A stretch of DNA of 64,000 bases from Escherichia phage ESCO5, in the sequence record NC_047776.2, one strand, 5' to 3'. A model generated the notes under the pieces. The model saw only the letters and a list, made by a program, of their open reading frames with translations. It did not search any database and had not been told where the DNA came from. Position numbers and translations under genes: made by a program. Position 1 is the first letter of the stretch. The number at the start of each line of letters is the position of its first letter. Of the stretch, positions 36,519 through 45,985 are shown piece by piece.

Positions 36519-37149
36519 TATTTACCAACAAATAGAAGCATACGAAAATGCCATCTACTTAAATATAGGTGGCTTCCTTCAAGAATTAGTGGGGTTGCCA
36601 GTCTATGTTATGGATAAGCCATTCATTAAACCGGATACTCCTTACCTAGCACTACGTATTATCACTTCCAGCGATTCTGGAGGTTGGTCTTACCGAAGCT
36701 CTATTCAAAATGATATGTATTCCTACGAGATGGATAATACCTACGAGATTGAACTTGTAGCCTATCGTGGAAGACCTACCACTTTGATGAGCTATGTTCT
36801 GGCTGCTCTCCGTGGTGCAGAGGAATTAAAATACAAACATCTCTATTCTAAAGGTCTTGGTTTTTTAGGAGCCTCTAATATAGCTCAAGCCAATACGATT
36901 GTAGACGGAGATAAGACTGAATTAAGAGCGCGTATGGTTATGACGTTCAACACTCGTATGAGTATTGAAGATATTGCTACTACACCAATAGAAGCAATCA
37001 ACATGCACATCCGTTCATTCAGAGATAGTTACAATGATCCTATCCCTTTAGATTTAATTCTAAACAGGGTTTATGCAATTACTTTGGTTCCAGGCGAATA
37101 CTCGTCAGTTAATCAAAATGGATCATTATTTAACAACCCTACCGAATAA
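36490..37149 (+). CDS. tail completion / sheath stabiliser (putative)
   Basis: 219-aa track ORF; a TTG at ~36511 after GAAGGAGG may be the true start. Confidence 0.35.
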   Translation: MEQKEETLANIYQQIEAYENAIYLNIGGFLQELVGLPVYVMDKPFIKPDTPYLALRIITSSDSGGWSYRSSIQNDMYSYEMDNTYEIELVAYRGRPTTLMSYVLAALRGAEELKYKHLYSKGLGFLGASNIAQANTIVDGDKTELRARMVMTFNTRMSIEDIATTPIEAINMHIRSFRDSYNDPIPLDLILNRVYAITLVPGEYSSVNQNGSLFNNPTE

Positions 37150-37183
37150 ACTCATTGGAATTAAGTTTCTAACAGGAGCATAA

Positions 37184-38557
37184 ATGGCAACTTTTCGTGA
37201 AAAGGTAGCAACCGTAACTTTACTGTATGGTGCTACATCAATTCGTGAAACCCAGTTCGATATTCCTCTGATCCTTACAGGTCAGAACGTAACTGGCGAA
37301 GCGATTCAATATTACTCTTCTTCCGATGCACTTTTGGAAGCAGGTTATGGATTAAATGATCCAGCGTATATTATGGCAGTCAAACTGTTTAACGGTTTGT
37401 TCCCACCAGATCAAGTCATGGTTGGTAAGCGTGAAGTTACAAACTTTACTCTAACTCCAATCGTAGAAGATAGTGCAACTTACACAATTACCATCAAAAA
37501 TGGTACCAAGAAAAAAGAATTTAAATTCATTGCTGATGACACTGCAACTGCACAAGAGATTGTAGTTGGTCTGACTGAAATGATCAATGCAGATCTTGTT
37601 TATGGCCCACTGTTTACAGTAGCTAACAACGGCGCTGCAATGACTTTCACTCCAGTAGAAGGTAAGTTTGGTTCTATTGACAGCACAGGTTTCACTCAAG
37701 AAACTGTCTATGCTAATGCTATTACGGAAGATATTGCTGCTCTGCATGATATTGATAGTAGCTGGTTCTGGACCCTTTCAGATTCCCATGAAACAGAAGA
37801 TATTCTAGCTTTGGCTGCATGGGTAGAAGAGAATGATAAAGTTTACTTCTTCTCTAGTTCTGAACCTGGAATTAAAACGAAAGCAGAAGATAACGTTCTG
37901 GAACGACTGAATGACCTCGGTTATAATAACACTTGCTTTGCATTGTGGATGACCGATGCAGATTCTGTATTCCCAGAAGCAGCAGTTGTTGGTGCTATCT
38001 GTTCTCGTCAACCTGGTTTAACTACCCTTCACGGTAAAACACTGGTAGGCGTAGAGATCGAGAAACTGGATCAGACTTCGGAAAACAATATTGTTCAACA
38101 GAACGGTAACATCTATCGTAAAGAGCATGGAACTCTGTTCTATCGTGATGGATTGATGGTTAGCGGTTTCTTTGTTGACTATGTTGTTCATGCTTTGTGG
38201 TTTAAAGCTCGCACAGAAGAATCACTGTTTACACTGTTTAAACAACAGTCTATGCTGGGTGGTGGTGTTCGTGCTACTTCAAACGGTCTGGCTTTGATTC
38301 GACAAGCTGTTCTGGCTAACCCGATCCAAGTAGGTATCCTCAACGGTTCCATCGCTAATGAAGTTGTTACTTCTGAAGAGACTGGTTTGCGTGTCGATCT
38401 GAAACCTATTGTTTATATTCCTTCTCGTGCCGATATGACCGATGCGCAAATCAATGCTCGTCTGGTTGATGGGATGAAGATTGAATATGTTTACGCTGGC
38501 TTCTTCCATTACGTTAAAGTTCAGGTCAACGTCCTGACTAACCGTACTGCAAACTAA
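37184..38557 (+). CDS. tail sheath protein (putative)
   Basis: 457 aa, immediately upstream of the tube gene; size and order typical of contractile tails. Confidence 0.5.
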   Translation: MATFREKVATVTLLYGATSIRETQFDIPLILTGQNVTGEAIQYYSSSDALLEAGYGLNDPAYIMAVKLFNGLFPPDQVMVGKREVTNFTLTPIVEDSATYTITIKNGTKKKEFKFIADDTATAQEIVVGLTEMINADLVYGPLFTVANNGAAMTFTPVEGKFGSIDSTGFTQETVYANAITEDIAALHDIDSSWFWTLSDSHETEDILALAAWVEENDKVYFFSSSEPGIKTKAEDNVLERLNDLGYNNTCFALWMTDADSVFPEAAVVGAICSRQPGLTTLHGKTLVGVEIEKLDQTSENNIVQQNGNIYRKEHGTLFYRDGLMVSGFFVDYVVHALWFKARTEESLFTLFKQQSMLGGGVRATSNGLALIRQAVLANPIQVGILNGSIANEVVTSEETGLRVDLKPIVYIPSRADMTDAQINARLVDGMKIEYVYAGFFHYVKVQVNVLTNRTAN

Positions 38558-38603
38558 TACGGCGGGGGTTAAGCCCCCGTTATCAAAATAAAGAGGATCT
38601 ATA

Positions 38604-39083
38604 ATGGATAAAATGCTTACTGGCGTAATGGCCTACGACCCATCTCAAGTTATCCTTTCATTAGGTGGTTGGGAACCGTGGGGTTTTGCGGCTGATACTA
38701 AAATCGTTATTGCTAAATCTAACGATATTATCAACCCTTATTCAGGGACTGATGGGGACGTTTCATTAGCTTTGAGTCGTAACCGTTTGGGAACACTCAC
38801 AATGTCTTTGCAACGCACATCTCCAGCTAACGAAGTACTTGCAACATATGCACAAACAATGTATTCTACTCGTCAAGTAGCATTCAGTGTTTACTTGGAA
38901 GACCCACGTGGCTATTACATTAGCACGATTGGATGGATTCAAAGTCAGCCTGAAGATACTATTGGCGAAATGATTACAGAGAACCAATGGGTTATTGGTC
39001 TTAAAGATGCAAGCCTTCTGCGTAATGAAGTTGGTGTAGGTTTGAGCACCCTTAACTCAATCTCTGCTCTGACAATTCAATAA
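38604..39083 (+). CDS. tail tube protein (putative)
   Basis: 159 aa, follows sheath, strong terminator after it. Confidence 0.5.
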   Translation: MDKMLTGVMAYDPSQVILSLGGWEPWGFAADTKIVIAKSNDIINPYSGTDGDVSLALSRNRLGTLTMSLQRTSPANEVLATYAQTMYSTRQVAFSVYLEDPRGYYISTIGWIQSQPEDTIGEMITENQWVIGLKDASLLRNEVGVGLSTLNSISALTIQ

Positions 39084-39087
39084 TAAA

Positions 39088-39108
39088 TAAAGGGCAGAAA
39101 TGCCCTTT
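39088..39108 (+). terminator. rho-independent terminator
   Basis: GGGC-AGAAAT-GCCC followed by TTTTT. Confidence 0.6.
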
Positions 39109-39128
39109 TTATCATTAGAGAGGAAAAT

Positions 39129-39611
39129 ATGTCACAAGAACAAGATAACACAATTCAAAAATATGCTCGACCAGAAGAAGTAGTTGAGATTCCGTTAGAT
39201 GGAAACAGATCTGTTACTTTCCGTATTATGAAGTGGAGTCCATCTAAAGTGTTTGACAGGATTCCAGAATTGGGTAGTGTTCTGGTTGTTCCTATGACTA
39301 TGTATAGCACAGCAACAATGTCCGCAGACGAAGACCTTGAGTCACGTATTGCTATGGCACTGATCCAACTTTTTGCAGGTTTGGAAGAAAAGAATTTAAC
39401 TGTCTTTTTGCGTAAAATTTTAGATGAGGTTTATACTCAAGACGGTTATAACGTTGCAGAAAATTTTGATGAATTATTTATGGCTCACCCAGAACTAGTG
39501 TTAGATCTTACTGCTAAAGTTCTGGAGGTAAACTACGGCCCTTTTTTCAAACGAGGTTTCGGAAAACTGTTCACACAGCTTCAGGCGATGACGAGTTTAG
39601 CAGCAAATTAA
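39129..39611 (+). CDS. tail assembly chaperone (putative)
   Basis: 160-aa ORF between tube and tape measure. Confidence 0.4.
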   Translation: MSQEQDNTIQKYARPEEVVEIPLDGNRSVTFRIMKWSPSKVFDRIPELGSVLVVPMTMYSTATMSADEDLESRIAMALIQLFAGLEEKNLTVFLRKILDEVYTQDGYNVAENFDELFMAHPELVLDLTAKVLEVNYGPFFKRGFGKLFTQLQAMTSLAAN

Positions 39612-39658
39612 CACCTGCGATTGAACATGCTATCGACACAGCAACGAAAACCCTTACT

Positions 39659-39877
39659 TTGAAGTGGTATGAGGTTATTCTTTGCAAAGTCGTTAAAGAT
39701 ACCTCGGAAACACTGAAAACATTGGATAACTACGGTGTAGATTATCTTTTAAAACTATATGAGTATTTAACATACGAAGAGTATGTTGAAGCCATGTATG
39801 TTAAAGACACTTCAATAAAGAGAAAACATCAAAACCAGACAAATAAAATGTCAGATTTGTTTAAGAAACTTGTTTAA
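39659..39877 (+). CDS. hypothetical protein
   Basis: 72-aa ORF upstream of tape measure. Confidence 0.3.
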   Translation: MKWYEVILCKVVKDTSETLKTLDNYGVDYLLKLYEYLTYEEYVEAMYVKDTSIKRKHQNQTNKMSDLFKKLV

Positions 39878-39897
39878 TCCAACACGAGGAACATACT

Positions 39898-41886
39898 TTG
39901 TTAGAAATTAACGCCTCCAAAATTAGTAACGTGGTTACGTTTAAGGTGGACAAGAACAGTCTCAAGGAAGCAAAAGATGCCGTGTTGAGTGTTCAGAAGT
40001 TTGCAAATAAAATGCAACCCACTATGAACATGACCAAGTTTAGACAACAAATGAAAGAGATTGAGCGTGAACTTAAGAAAGCTCAAACTCAAAGTCAAAA
40101 ACCTATGCGAGCACCTACTCCCGCTGGAGCGGGTGCTCCTGTAGGCGGATCTGGCAGACCTAGAACTCCTAAAACCCCGCAAGGAAGAGAAGAAGAAAAA
40201 GCTCGTAAAGCTGCTGAACGCGAAGCTAAAGCAGCAGCACGTAGGGAAGACTTAGGTAATCTTCGTTTGCAGAACTTTAACTATCGAGCAAGAGCATTTA
40301 GTAAAGCCAGTCCTGGCGCTATGCAAGAAGCTAGAGACGTTATGGGTAAAGCTGTAGAGCAATACAAAAAGGGTGAAATAACTCTTCAACGTATGAACCA
40401 AGCTCTTGCTCACCAGTTAGATGCTTTACGCAGATCGCATCGTGAAAAGAATGCTGAAATAGAAGACGAGGTTCGTGGTCGCCGTCGTATTCGTAGAGAG
40501 CTAGAAGCAGAAGCTAAAACCCGTATACGTATGCGAAATCGTGAACTTAGAGATATAGAACGCAACCGTAAGCGTGAATTAGCTCAACAAAGACGTGATC
40601 GTGATCGTCGATATGGACAATTAAAAGAAGGTGCGGCAGGTCTTAATCCACGCATGATTGCATCCTCTTTGATCGGTGCTGGGTTATTTGCAGGGGGTTC
40701 TGTAGTTGGTAACACTTTGATGAATACTAACGAAAGGATTAAACTTGTAAGCCGTGGTGCTGAAAACGTTCAGACAAACGCCAACGCTATTTTGGCAATG
40801 ACAGCTTGGGGTGAACAGAACGGTGTAGACTCTGCAAATATTATTAAGTCAATAGATAATATTAAAGACGTTCGTGAACGTCTTGGTAATACAGTTTTAG
40901 CCTCAAAATGGAATGAGAAAGAAGGGAAGTGGAAAGGCGGTGATAATGGCATAAATGACATTATGAACTTGTTTGGATGGAATCCAGAACAGCTTAAACC
41001 TTTACAGAACGATCCTTTGGCTTTTATTCAGGCTACTGTTAATGAAGGTGAGCGTCGAGGTATGAACTCTGCTCAAATCGGGCGACTTCTTGAAAACCTT
41101 GGTGATGACCTTATGCACTACCAACGTATGTTTAGTAAAAACGGCGAAGGGTATAATGAAGTATTGAAAATGCTTCAAAGAACAGGTGCAACATTAACTC
41201 AAGAACAAATAGATGCTTCTAAAGAGTTTACTCGTTTTGCTGCAACAGTTCAGCTTGTAGGTCAAGGTATGCAGAACCATTTCTTAGAGGGTTTTGTGAA
41301 AGCCTTACCTAAAGATGATTCTTGGTTGGATAACGTTAAAGTGCTAGATCAGTTTGCCAAAGATTTAGGTGAAGAACTTGGTAAGACAACAGTTCAATTA
41401 GGAGGTTTTGCTAAAGAATTGGGAGATGGTTTCGGATCTTTTACCAATTGGCTTAAAGAGACATTCCCAGACACCTTCGGAGACAACACAGATCCTAATA
41501 AATCTATGGCACAAAAGGCATATGAGGCAACGCAAAGTGGAGACAGCAATCCTGTAGCAGATTGGTTGTACAATTTAACAGGTATTGATACACAAGATGT
41601 TGGTCGTATGTGGAGAGGAGAACAAACAAGGACACGTGCTTTTGGATTTGGTAATCCTCTTGAAGATTTACGTGAATCAGCCTATACACCTAACGTAAGT
41701 TTGGCTCGTAATCAACCTATTGTTGAGAATACGGTAGCAATACCAAGTGATCTTATCAAAGTTACGATCAGCCCTTCTTCAGAGTTTGGAAATATTCTTG
41801 ATGCAAGAATTCAAAATAGCGGAAATAGCATTTTCCAACGTTTATCTCTTTCAACTCTAAGTGGACAATCTAACACTGGTGGTTAA
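39898..41886 (+). CDS. tail tape measure protein (putative)
   Basis: 662 aa, TTG start after GAGGAA; long helical Arg/Glu-rich N-terminal half; position after tube and chaperone. Confidence 0.55.
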   Translation: MLEINASKISNVVTFKVDKNSLKEAKDAVLSVQKFANKMQPTMNMTKFRQQMKEIERELKKAQTQSQKPMRAPTPAGAGAPVGGSGRPRTPKTPQGREEEKARKAAEREAKAAARREDLGNLRLQNFNYRARAFSKASPGAMQEARDVMGKAVEQYKKGEITLQRMNQALAHQLDALRRSHREKNAEIEDEVRGRRRIRRELEAEAKTRIRMRNRELRDIERNRKRELAQQRRDRDRRYGQLKEGAAGLNPRMIASSLIGAGLFAGGSVVGNTLMNTNERIKLVSRGAENVQTNANAILAMTAWGEQNGVDSANIIKSIDNIKDVRERLGNTVLASKWNEKEGKWKGGDNGINDIMNLFGWNPEQLKPLQNDPLAFIQATVNEGERRGMNSAQIGRLLENLGDDLMHYQRMFSKNGEGYNEVLKMLQRTGATLTQEQIDASKEFTRFAATVQLVGQGMQNHFLEGFVKALPKDDSWLDNVKVLDQFAKDLGEELGKTTVQLGGFAKELGDGFGSFTNWLKETFPDTFGDNTDPNKSMAQKAYEATQSGDSNPVADWLYNLTGIDTQDVGRMWRGEQTRTRAFGFGNPLEDLRESAYTPNVSLARNQPIVENTVAIPSDLIKVTISPSSEFGNILDARIQNSGNSIFQRLSLSTLSGQSNTGG

Positions 41887-41893
41887 TAAAATA

Positions 41894-41916
41894 CCTCGCT
41901 TCGGCGGGGTTTTTTC
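41894..41916 (+). terminator. rho-independent terminator
   Basis: CCTCGC-TTCG-GCGGGG followed by TTTTTT. Confidence 0.6.
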
Positions 41917-41923
41917 GTTTCCC

Positions 41924-41953
41924 TTGACACAAAGTTTCTATATGTGTTACAAT
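41924..41953 (+). promoter_or_regulatory. sigma70-like promoter
   Basis: TTGACA, 18-nt spacer, TACAAT. Confidence 0.45.
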
Positions 41954-42012
41954 AATCAATATGGGAAGATCTTGCATCTTCCTTTTGGCATTATCATTAC
42001 TACGAGGTTATC

Positions 42013-42714
42013 ATGGCAGCAATGACTCCACAACAGTCGGTGAGAGCCGTCTATAAGGCAGAACAGGAAATCAACTCTACCGAGAATAAAAATACCTCGG
42101 CATCTACTGTAAAGGGTGATAATGGTTTCTGCATTTTAGCAAGTGTTTATAATAGTTCAAGTGATCAATACATTCAAAACTTTAAAGCAATTACTTTCGA
42201 TTCGGTCCCTGAAGTAGGTGTAACTCGTGAGGCAGATGTTACAAGTTTTCCAGTAGAATCAGGATCGGATGTAAGTGACCACGTTCAAATAAAAAACAAC
42301 AGATTTAAACTTTCAGGTATAATTACCGAAACACCAATTCGGCTTATGCGAGATCAATTATACAGTGCAGGTGTAAATGGAGCAAGGATTTCTCAAGCAA
42401 TAGAATATCTAGATCAAATATTTGAGTCAAGACAACCAATAGTTCTTTTGACAGAACACAGGACTTTTGAAAATGTTATTCTGAAAGGCTACTCTTATGA
42501 TTATAAATCTGAATTTGCTATGCAATTTGATTTAGAGTTCGAACAAATTCGTCTAGTCTCTAAGGCCACTACTAATGCTATTGCTGTAAAAACAGCACCA
42601 AATAAGTCAACTGGTGGTGATGTGAAAGGTCAAGTCGCTTCTAATGGTCCTAAGTCAGATATTACAGTAAGAACTGCTGAAGCTACTAATACCCCAACAA
42701 ACAACGGAGGTTAA
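42013..42714 (+). CDS. tail/baseplate protein (putative)
   Basis: 233-aa ORF after tape measure. Confidence 0.35.
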   Translation: MAAMTPQQSVRAVYKAEQEINSTENKNTSASTVKGDNGFCILASVYNSSSDQYIQNFKAITFDSVPEVGVTREADVTSFPVESGSDVSDHVQIKNNRFKLSGIITETPIRLMRDQLYSAGVNGARISQAIEYLDQIFESRQPIVLLTEHRTFENVILKGYSYDYKSEFAMQFDLEFEQIRLVSKATTNAIAVKTAPNKSTGGDVKGQVASNGPKSDITVRTAEATNTPTNNGG

Positions 42715-42716
42715 TA

Positions 42717-43130
42717 GTGACAACTTATTCTAAAACAACAAGGTCTACAAGTAATACTGGCTACAGTGCAGTTTATCTGGAGGACCATTCTACTTATTTT
42801 GCATGGTATCTGAAAACTGAAGAGTACCCTGATCAAACATATACAGTTACATTGGATGGAGTTGATTATGACATTCGTTTAAGGTGGAACACTAGGGACG
42901 AGTCTTGGCAATGTCAGATAGGATTATCTGGAGATGATCCAAGTATAAGTTTCAAAGTTACAAATGGTTTAGATCTTCTTAAACCTTATAAATATCTTGA
43001 AAGTGTGCCAGATGGTCAATTGTATATAGTAGATACAGTTAAGATTAATGGTCGTCCTGGGTATACAACTACAGGTCGAGATAAACGTTTTGTATTGGTT
43101 TATATTGATAACAAACCTAATCAGGCGTAA
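42717..43130 (+). CDS. tail/baseplate protein (putative)
   Basis: 137-aa ORF. Confidence 0.35.
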   Translation: MTTYSKTTRSTSNTGYSAVYLEDHSTYFAWYLKTEEYPDQTYTVTLDGVDYDIRLRWNTRDESWQCQIGLSGDDPSISFKVTNGLDLLKPYKYLESVPDGQLYIVDTVKINGRPGYTTTGRDKRFVLVYIDNKPNQA

Positions 43131-43139
43131 GGAGATAAT

Positions 43140-44150
43140 ATGGCAGAAAGAGAGTATACAAAAGCTCCTGCCCCTAATTTAAACAGGGCATACAAATTAT
43201 TAATTGGTTCTGCCACAAACACAATACAGAAGAGAACTAAGAACTCGGCATTTAAATCTACAGTAGATTTGGATACTAAGTTAGGCACAACAGAAAAATC
43301 CTCTTCTAATTTGTATTTGTTGCAAGACCATCAAATAACCTTCAGCATTAAGAAAGATAATAATAAAGATCCTAACCAAGCAGAGATTGTAGTTTATAAT
43401 CTATCGGATGATACTGTTAACTATATAAACCGTGGTATCCGAAATAACTTGGCGGTTGCTCTAGCGGTAGGATACGAAGGTGAAGAGTTGGTTATGATTT
43501 TCAAAGGAACTATCCAATGGGTTAGTGATACTTTTGACTCGGTAGACAGGAAAACCACTTTACACTGTTTGGATGGCGGTATTAACATTGCAGAAGCAAG
43601 AACAAGCCGCAGTTATCCAAAAGGAACTAAAATCAAACGTGTTGTGACAGATTTGGTAAAAGATTTAGGAACTACAGAAGGTAATATACACGTAGACAAT
43701 GATCAAACCTTATCCTCAGCAACAGCTATGTGTGGAAACACTTCACATTACCTAGAACATATTTGTAAAAGTATTGATCACAATGTGTCAATACAAGATG
43801 GATCTGTTTATGTCACTCCTCGTTCACAAATGTCTAGTGCACGTAGCGCCTACATTAGCCCTGAAACTGGTCTGATAGGAAGTCCAGAACCATTCCACAA
43901 CGATATAAAACCTACTAAAAAAGTTACCAAGTCCTCTAAGAAGGCAAAGAAACCTACAGATGGTGTTAAATTCAAATGCCAAATGAATGGTGCAATACTA
44001 CCAGAAAAAACAATCTGGTTAAAAAGCCGAGATTATGATGGTCCATTTAAAGTTGTTTCTGTTTCTCACAATGGTGATAAAGAGGGTAAAGAGTGGGTTA
44101 CTGAAGTGGAGTGTGTATCCGTGTCTGAAATAATGACTAAGGAGAAATAA
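43140..44150 (+). CDS. baseplate hub / tail protein (putative)
   Basis: 336-aa ORF. Confidence 0.35.
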   Translation: MAEREYTKAPAPNLNRAYKLLIGSATNTIQKRTKNSAFKSTVDLDTKLGTTEKSSSNLYLLQDHQITFSIKKDNNKDPNQAEIVVYNLSDDTVNYINRGIRNNLAVALAVGYEGEELVMIFKGTIQWVSDTFDSVDRKTTLHCLDGGINIAEARTSRSYPKGTKIKRVVTDLVKDLGTTEGNIHVDNDQTLSSATAMCGNTSHYLEHICKSIDHNVSIQDGSVYVTPRSQMSSARSAYISPETGLIGSPEPFHNDIKPTKKVTKSSKKAKKPTDGVKFKCQMNGAILPEKTIWLKSRDYDGPFKVVSVSHNGDKEGKEWVTEVECVSVSEIMTKEK

Positions 44151-44884
44151 TGGATGCATTGAATTTTGTCACAGCAATGCGTGGCTTAATGACAGAACAA
44201 TTAGCAGAAGTCCATACAGCCCTGCCAGTCCGTGTGACTGGCGTTAATTATGGTGCTAAAACTGTCACTTTAGAATCTATTGTTAAAAACACACGATCTA
44301 GTGAAGATGAAATAGATTATCCTACTTTTGAAGATGTTCCTTTTATGGTTAATGGGGGTGGGACAGGAAGAATCTCATTCCCTATTAAAGCTGGCGATTT
44401 AGGAACTGTTATATTTTCTGAAAGAGATCCTTCTAATGCACTGCAAACTAGTGGAGAAACCTCTTCATCATCCACTTTTATGCAGCCTTGTGGATTATAC
44501 CCTATTTGTTTTATTCCCAAAATAGCTACAGGAACAGATTCAACAGAAGCCGTAGATTCTGAAAAGGTAGTTATTTCTAATAACAAAAACACGTACGCTT
44601 CTTTCGACCCTACAGGTAATATTTCAATATGGAATAGTCAAGGGATGAAAATAGATATTACTACCTCCGGTATTACTATTACAGATGGCACAGGGACTTT
44701 GGATCTAAAAGGTGGTAATTTAACTTTCAAAGGCGGCGTGGCAGATATCAATGGTCTTAAAATAGATCAGAACGGTTTGATGACAGATGGTAATGGCATC
44801 GGATTCCATACTCACACGCACACGGTTCGTAACATTCAGAGCGGTAACTCAAGTGCCGAGTCCTTAAAACCAACAGGAGCCTAA
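44150..44884 (+). CDS. baseplate spike protein (gpV-like, putative)
   Basis: 244 aa; start overlaps previous stop; Gly/Thr-rich C-terminal repeats. Confidence 0.4.
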   Translation: MDALNFVTAMRGLMTEQLAEVHTALPVRVTGVNYGAKTVTLESIVKNTRSSEDEIDYPTFEDVPFMVNGGGTGRISFPIKAGDLGTVIFSERDPSNALQTSGETSSSSTFMQPCGLYPICFIPKIATGTDSTEAVDSEKVVISNNKNTYASFDPTGNISIWNSQGMKIDITTSGITITDGTGTLDLKGGNLTFKGGVADINGLKIDQNGLMTDGNGIGFHTHTHTVRNIQSGNSSAESLKPTGA

Positions 44885-44885
44885 C

Positions 44886-45512
44886 ATGGGAATCCCTTTT
44901 GACTTAAAACTTGGGCCAAACAACGACCTCATCATGGATGATGGGGATTTGGTCCTCACTACAACCAGAACAGAAATTGCAGCACAAACTCTTGGGATAA
45001 CTCTGAACACGTATCGTGGAGAGTGGTTTTTAAATACTAACTTCGGTGTTCCTTACTTACAAGAGATTATTGGTGTTGCTAGAAAGAAAGATATTGTAGA
45101 CAGAATATTTTTAGCAGAGATTGCCAAAAACGTTTACATAGATACAATAAACAGTTATAAATCTGCTTATGACATGGATCAACGTTATTACTCAATGACA
45201 GTTATGGTGACAGTTGGAGCAGATACAGTAACATCCATATTCAATACTCAACCTTCTGAAGAGTTTATTTACCCTGAAGCTGGTGAAGACAATGCAGCGA
45301 TCATTTGTGAAGCTTACAGTATTGTTGAGAATTCGAATAGACTTTATCGCTTTATCAACTTTGTTGGTTTGCCACGTGATACCTACTCTACTTGGTGGAA
45401 TGAATGGTCTACAGAGTCAGCAGGGGAAAGAATCATGGTTAACGAAAAAGGTGATGCATTAGCTACAAACAATAATTTCGGTATAACAGCTATGACAGGA
45501 GTAGAAGAATAA
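44886..45512 (+). CDS. baseplate wedge protein (gp25/W-like, putative)
   Basis: 208 aa; N-terminal DDGDLVL...TEIAAQ...LNTYRGEWFLNTNFGVPY pattern. Confidence 0.35.
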   Translation: MGIPFDLKLGPNNDLIMDDGDLVLTTTRTEIAAQTLGITLNTYRGEWFLNTNFGVPYLQEIIGVARKKDIVDRIFLAEIAKNVYIDTINSYKSAYDMDQRYYSMTVMVTVGADTVTSIFNTQPSEEFIYPEAGEDNAAIICEAYSIVENSNRLYRFINFVGLPRDTYSTWWNEWSTESAGERIMVNEKGDALATNNNFGITAMTGVEE

Positions 45513-45985
45513 TGGCAGATTTAACTACGATCAAAGTTTCTGATCTTACACAAACAACCTCTGTGTCTGATACAGATTTCTTTGTAACAGATCAGGCTGG
45601 AATAACAAAGAAGACTTCTTTGAAAGTGCTGTTGAGTGGTGCAGGGGTAACTAGAAACCGTTTAAATGCACGGGGAACAGTAACTAGCACCTTGGCATTA
45701 GATATTAGTTCAGCAGAATATTTTTCGGCAACCTTATCTTCTGCAACGTGCACAATTAGTTTTACTAATATTCCAGTAGCAACGAATGCAGTTTTAAACT
45801 TTACTTTAGCTTTGCGTCAAGGAAGTGGCGCAAATAAAGTCGTATGGCCTTCTTCTGTAAAATGGAGTTTTGGTCGTTCCCCAGTTTTGAGTTATCGTCA
45901 AGGTGCAACAGACACTTTTGAGTTTATCAGTTATGATAATGGAGCAACTTGGACAGGTAGCTTAGTTTTAGCAGGAGTTATTTAA
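45512..45985 (+). CDS. baseplate/tail protein (putative)
   Basis: 157-aa ORF overlapping neighbours by 1 nt. Confidence 0.35.
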   Translation: MADLTTIKVSDLTQTTSVSDTDFFVTDQAGITKKTSLKVLLSGAGVTRNRLNARGTVTSTLALDISSAEYFSATLSSATCTISFTNIPVATNAVLNFTLALRQGSGANKVVWPSSVKWSFGRSPVLSYRQGATDTFEFISYDNGATWTGSLVLAGVI

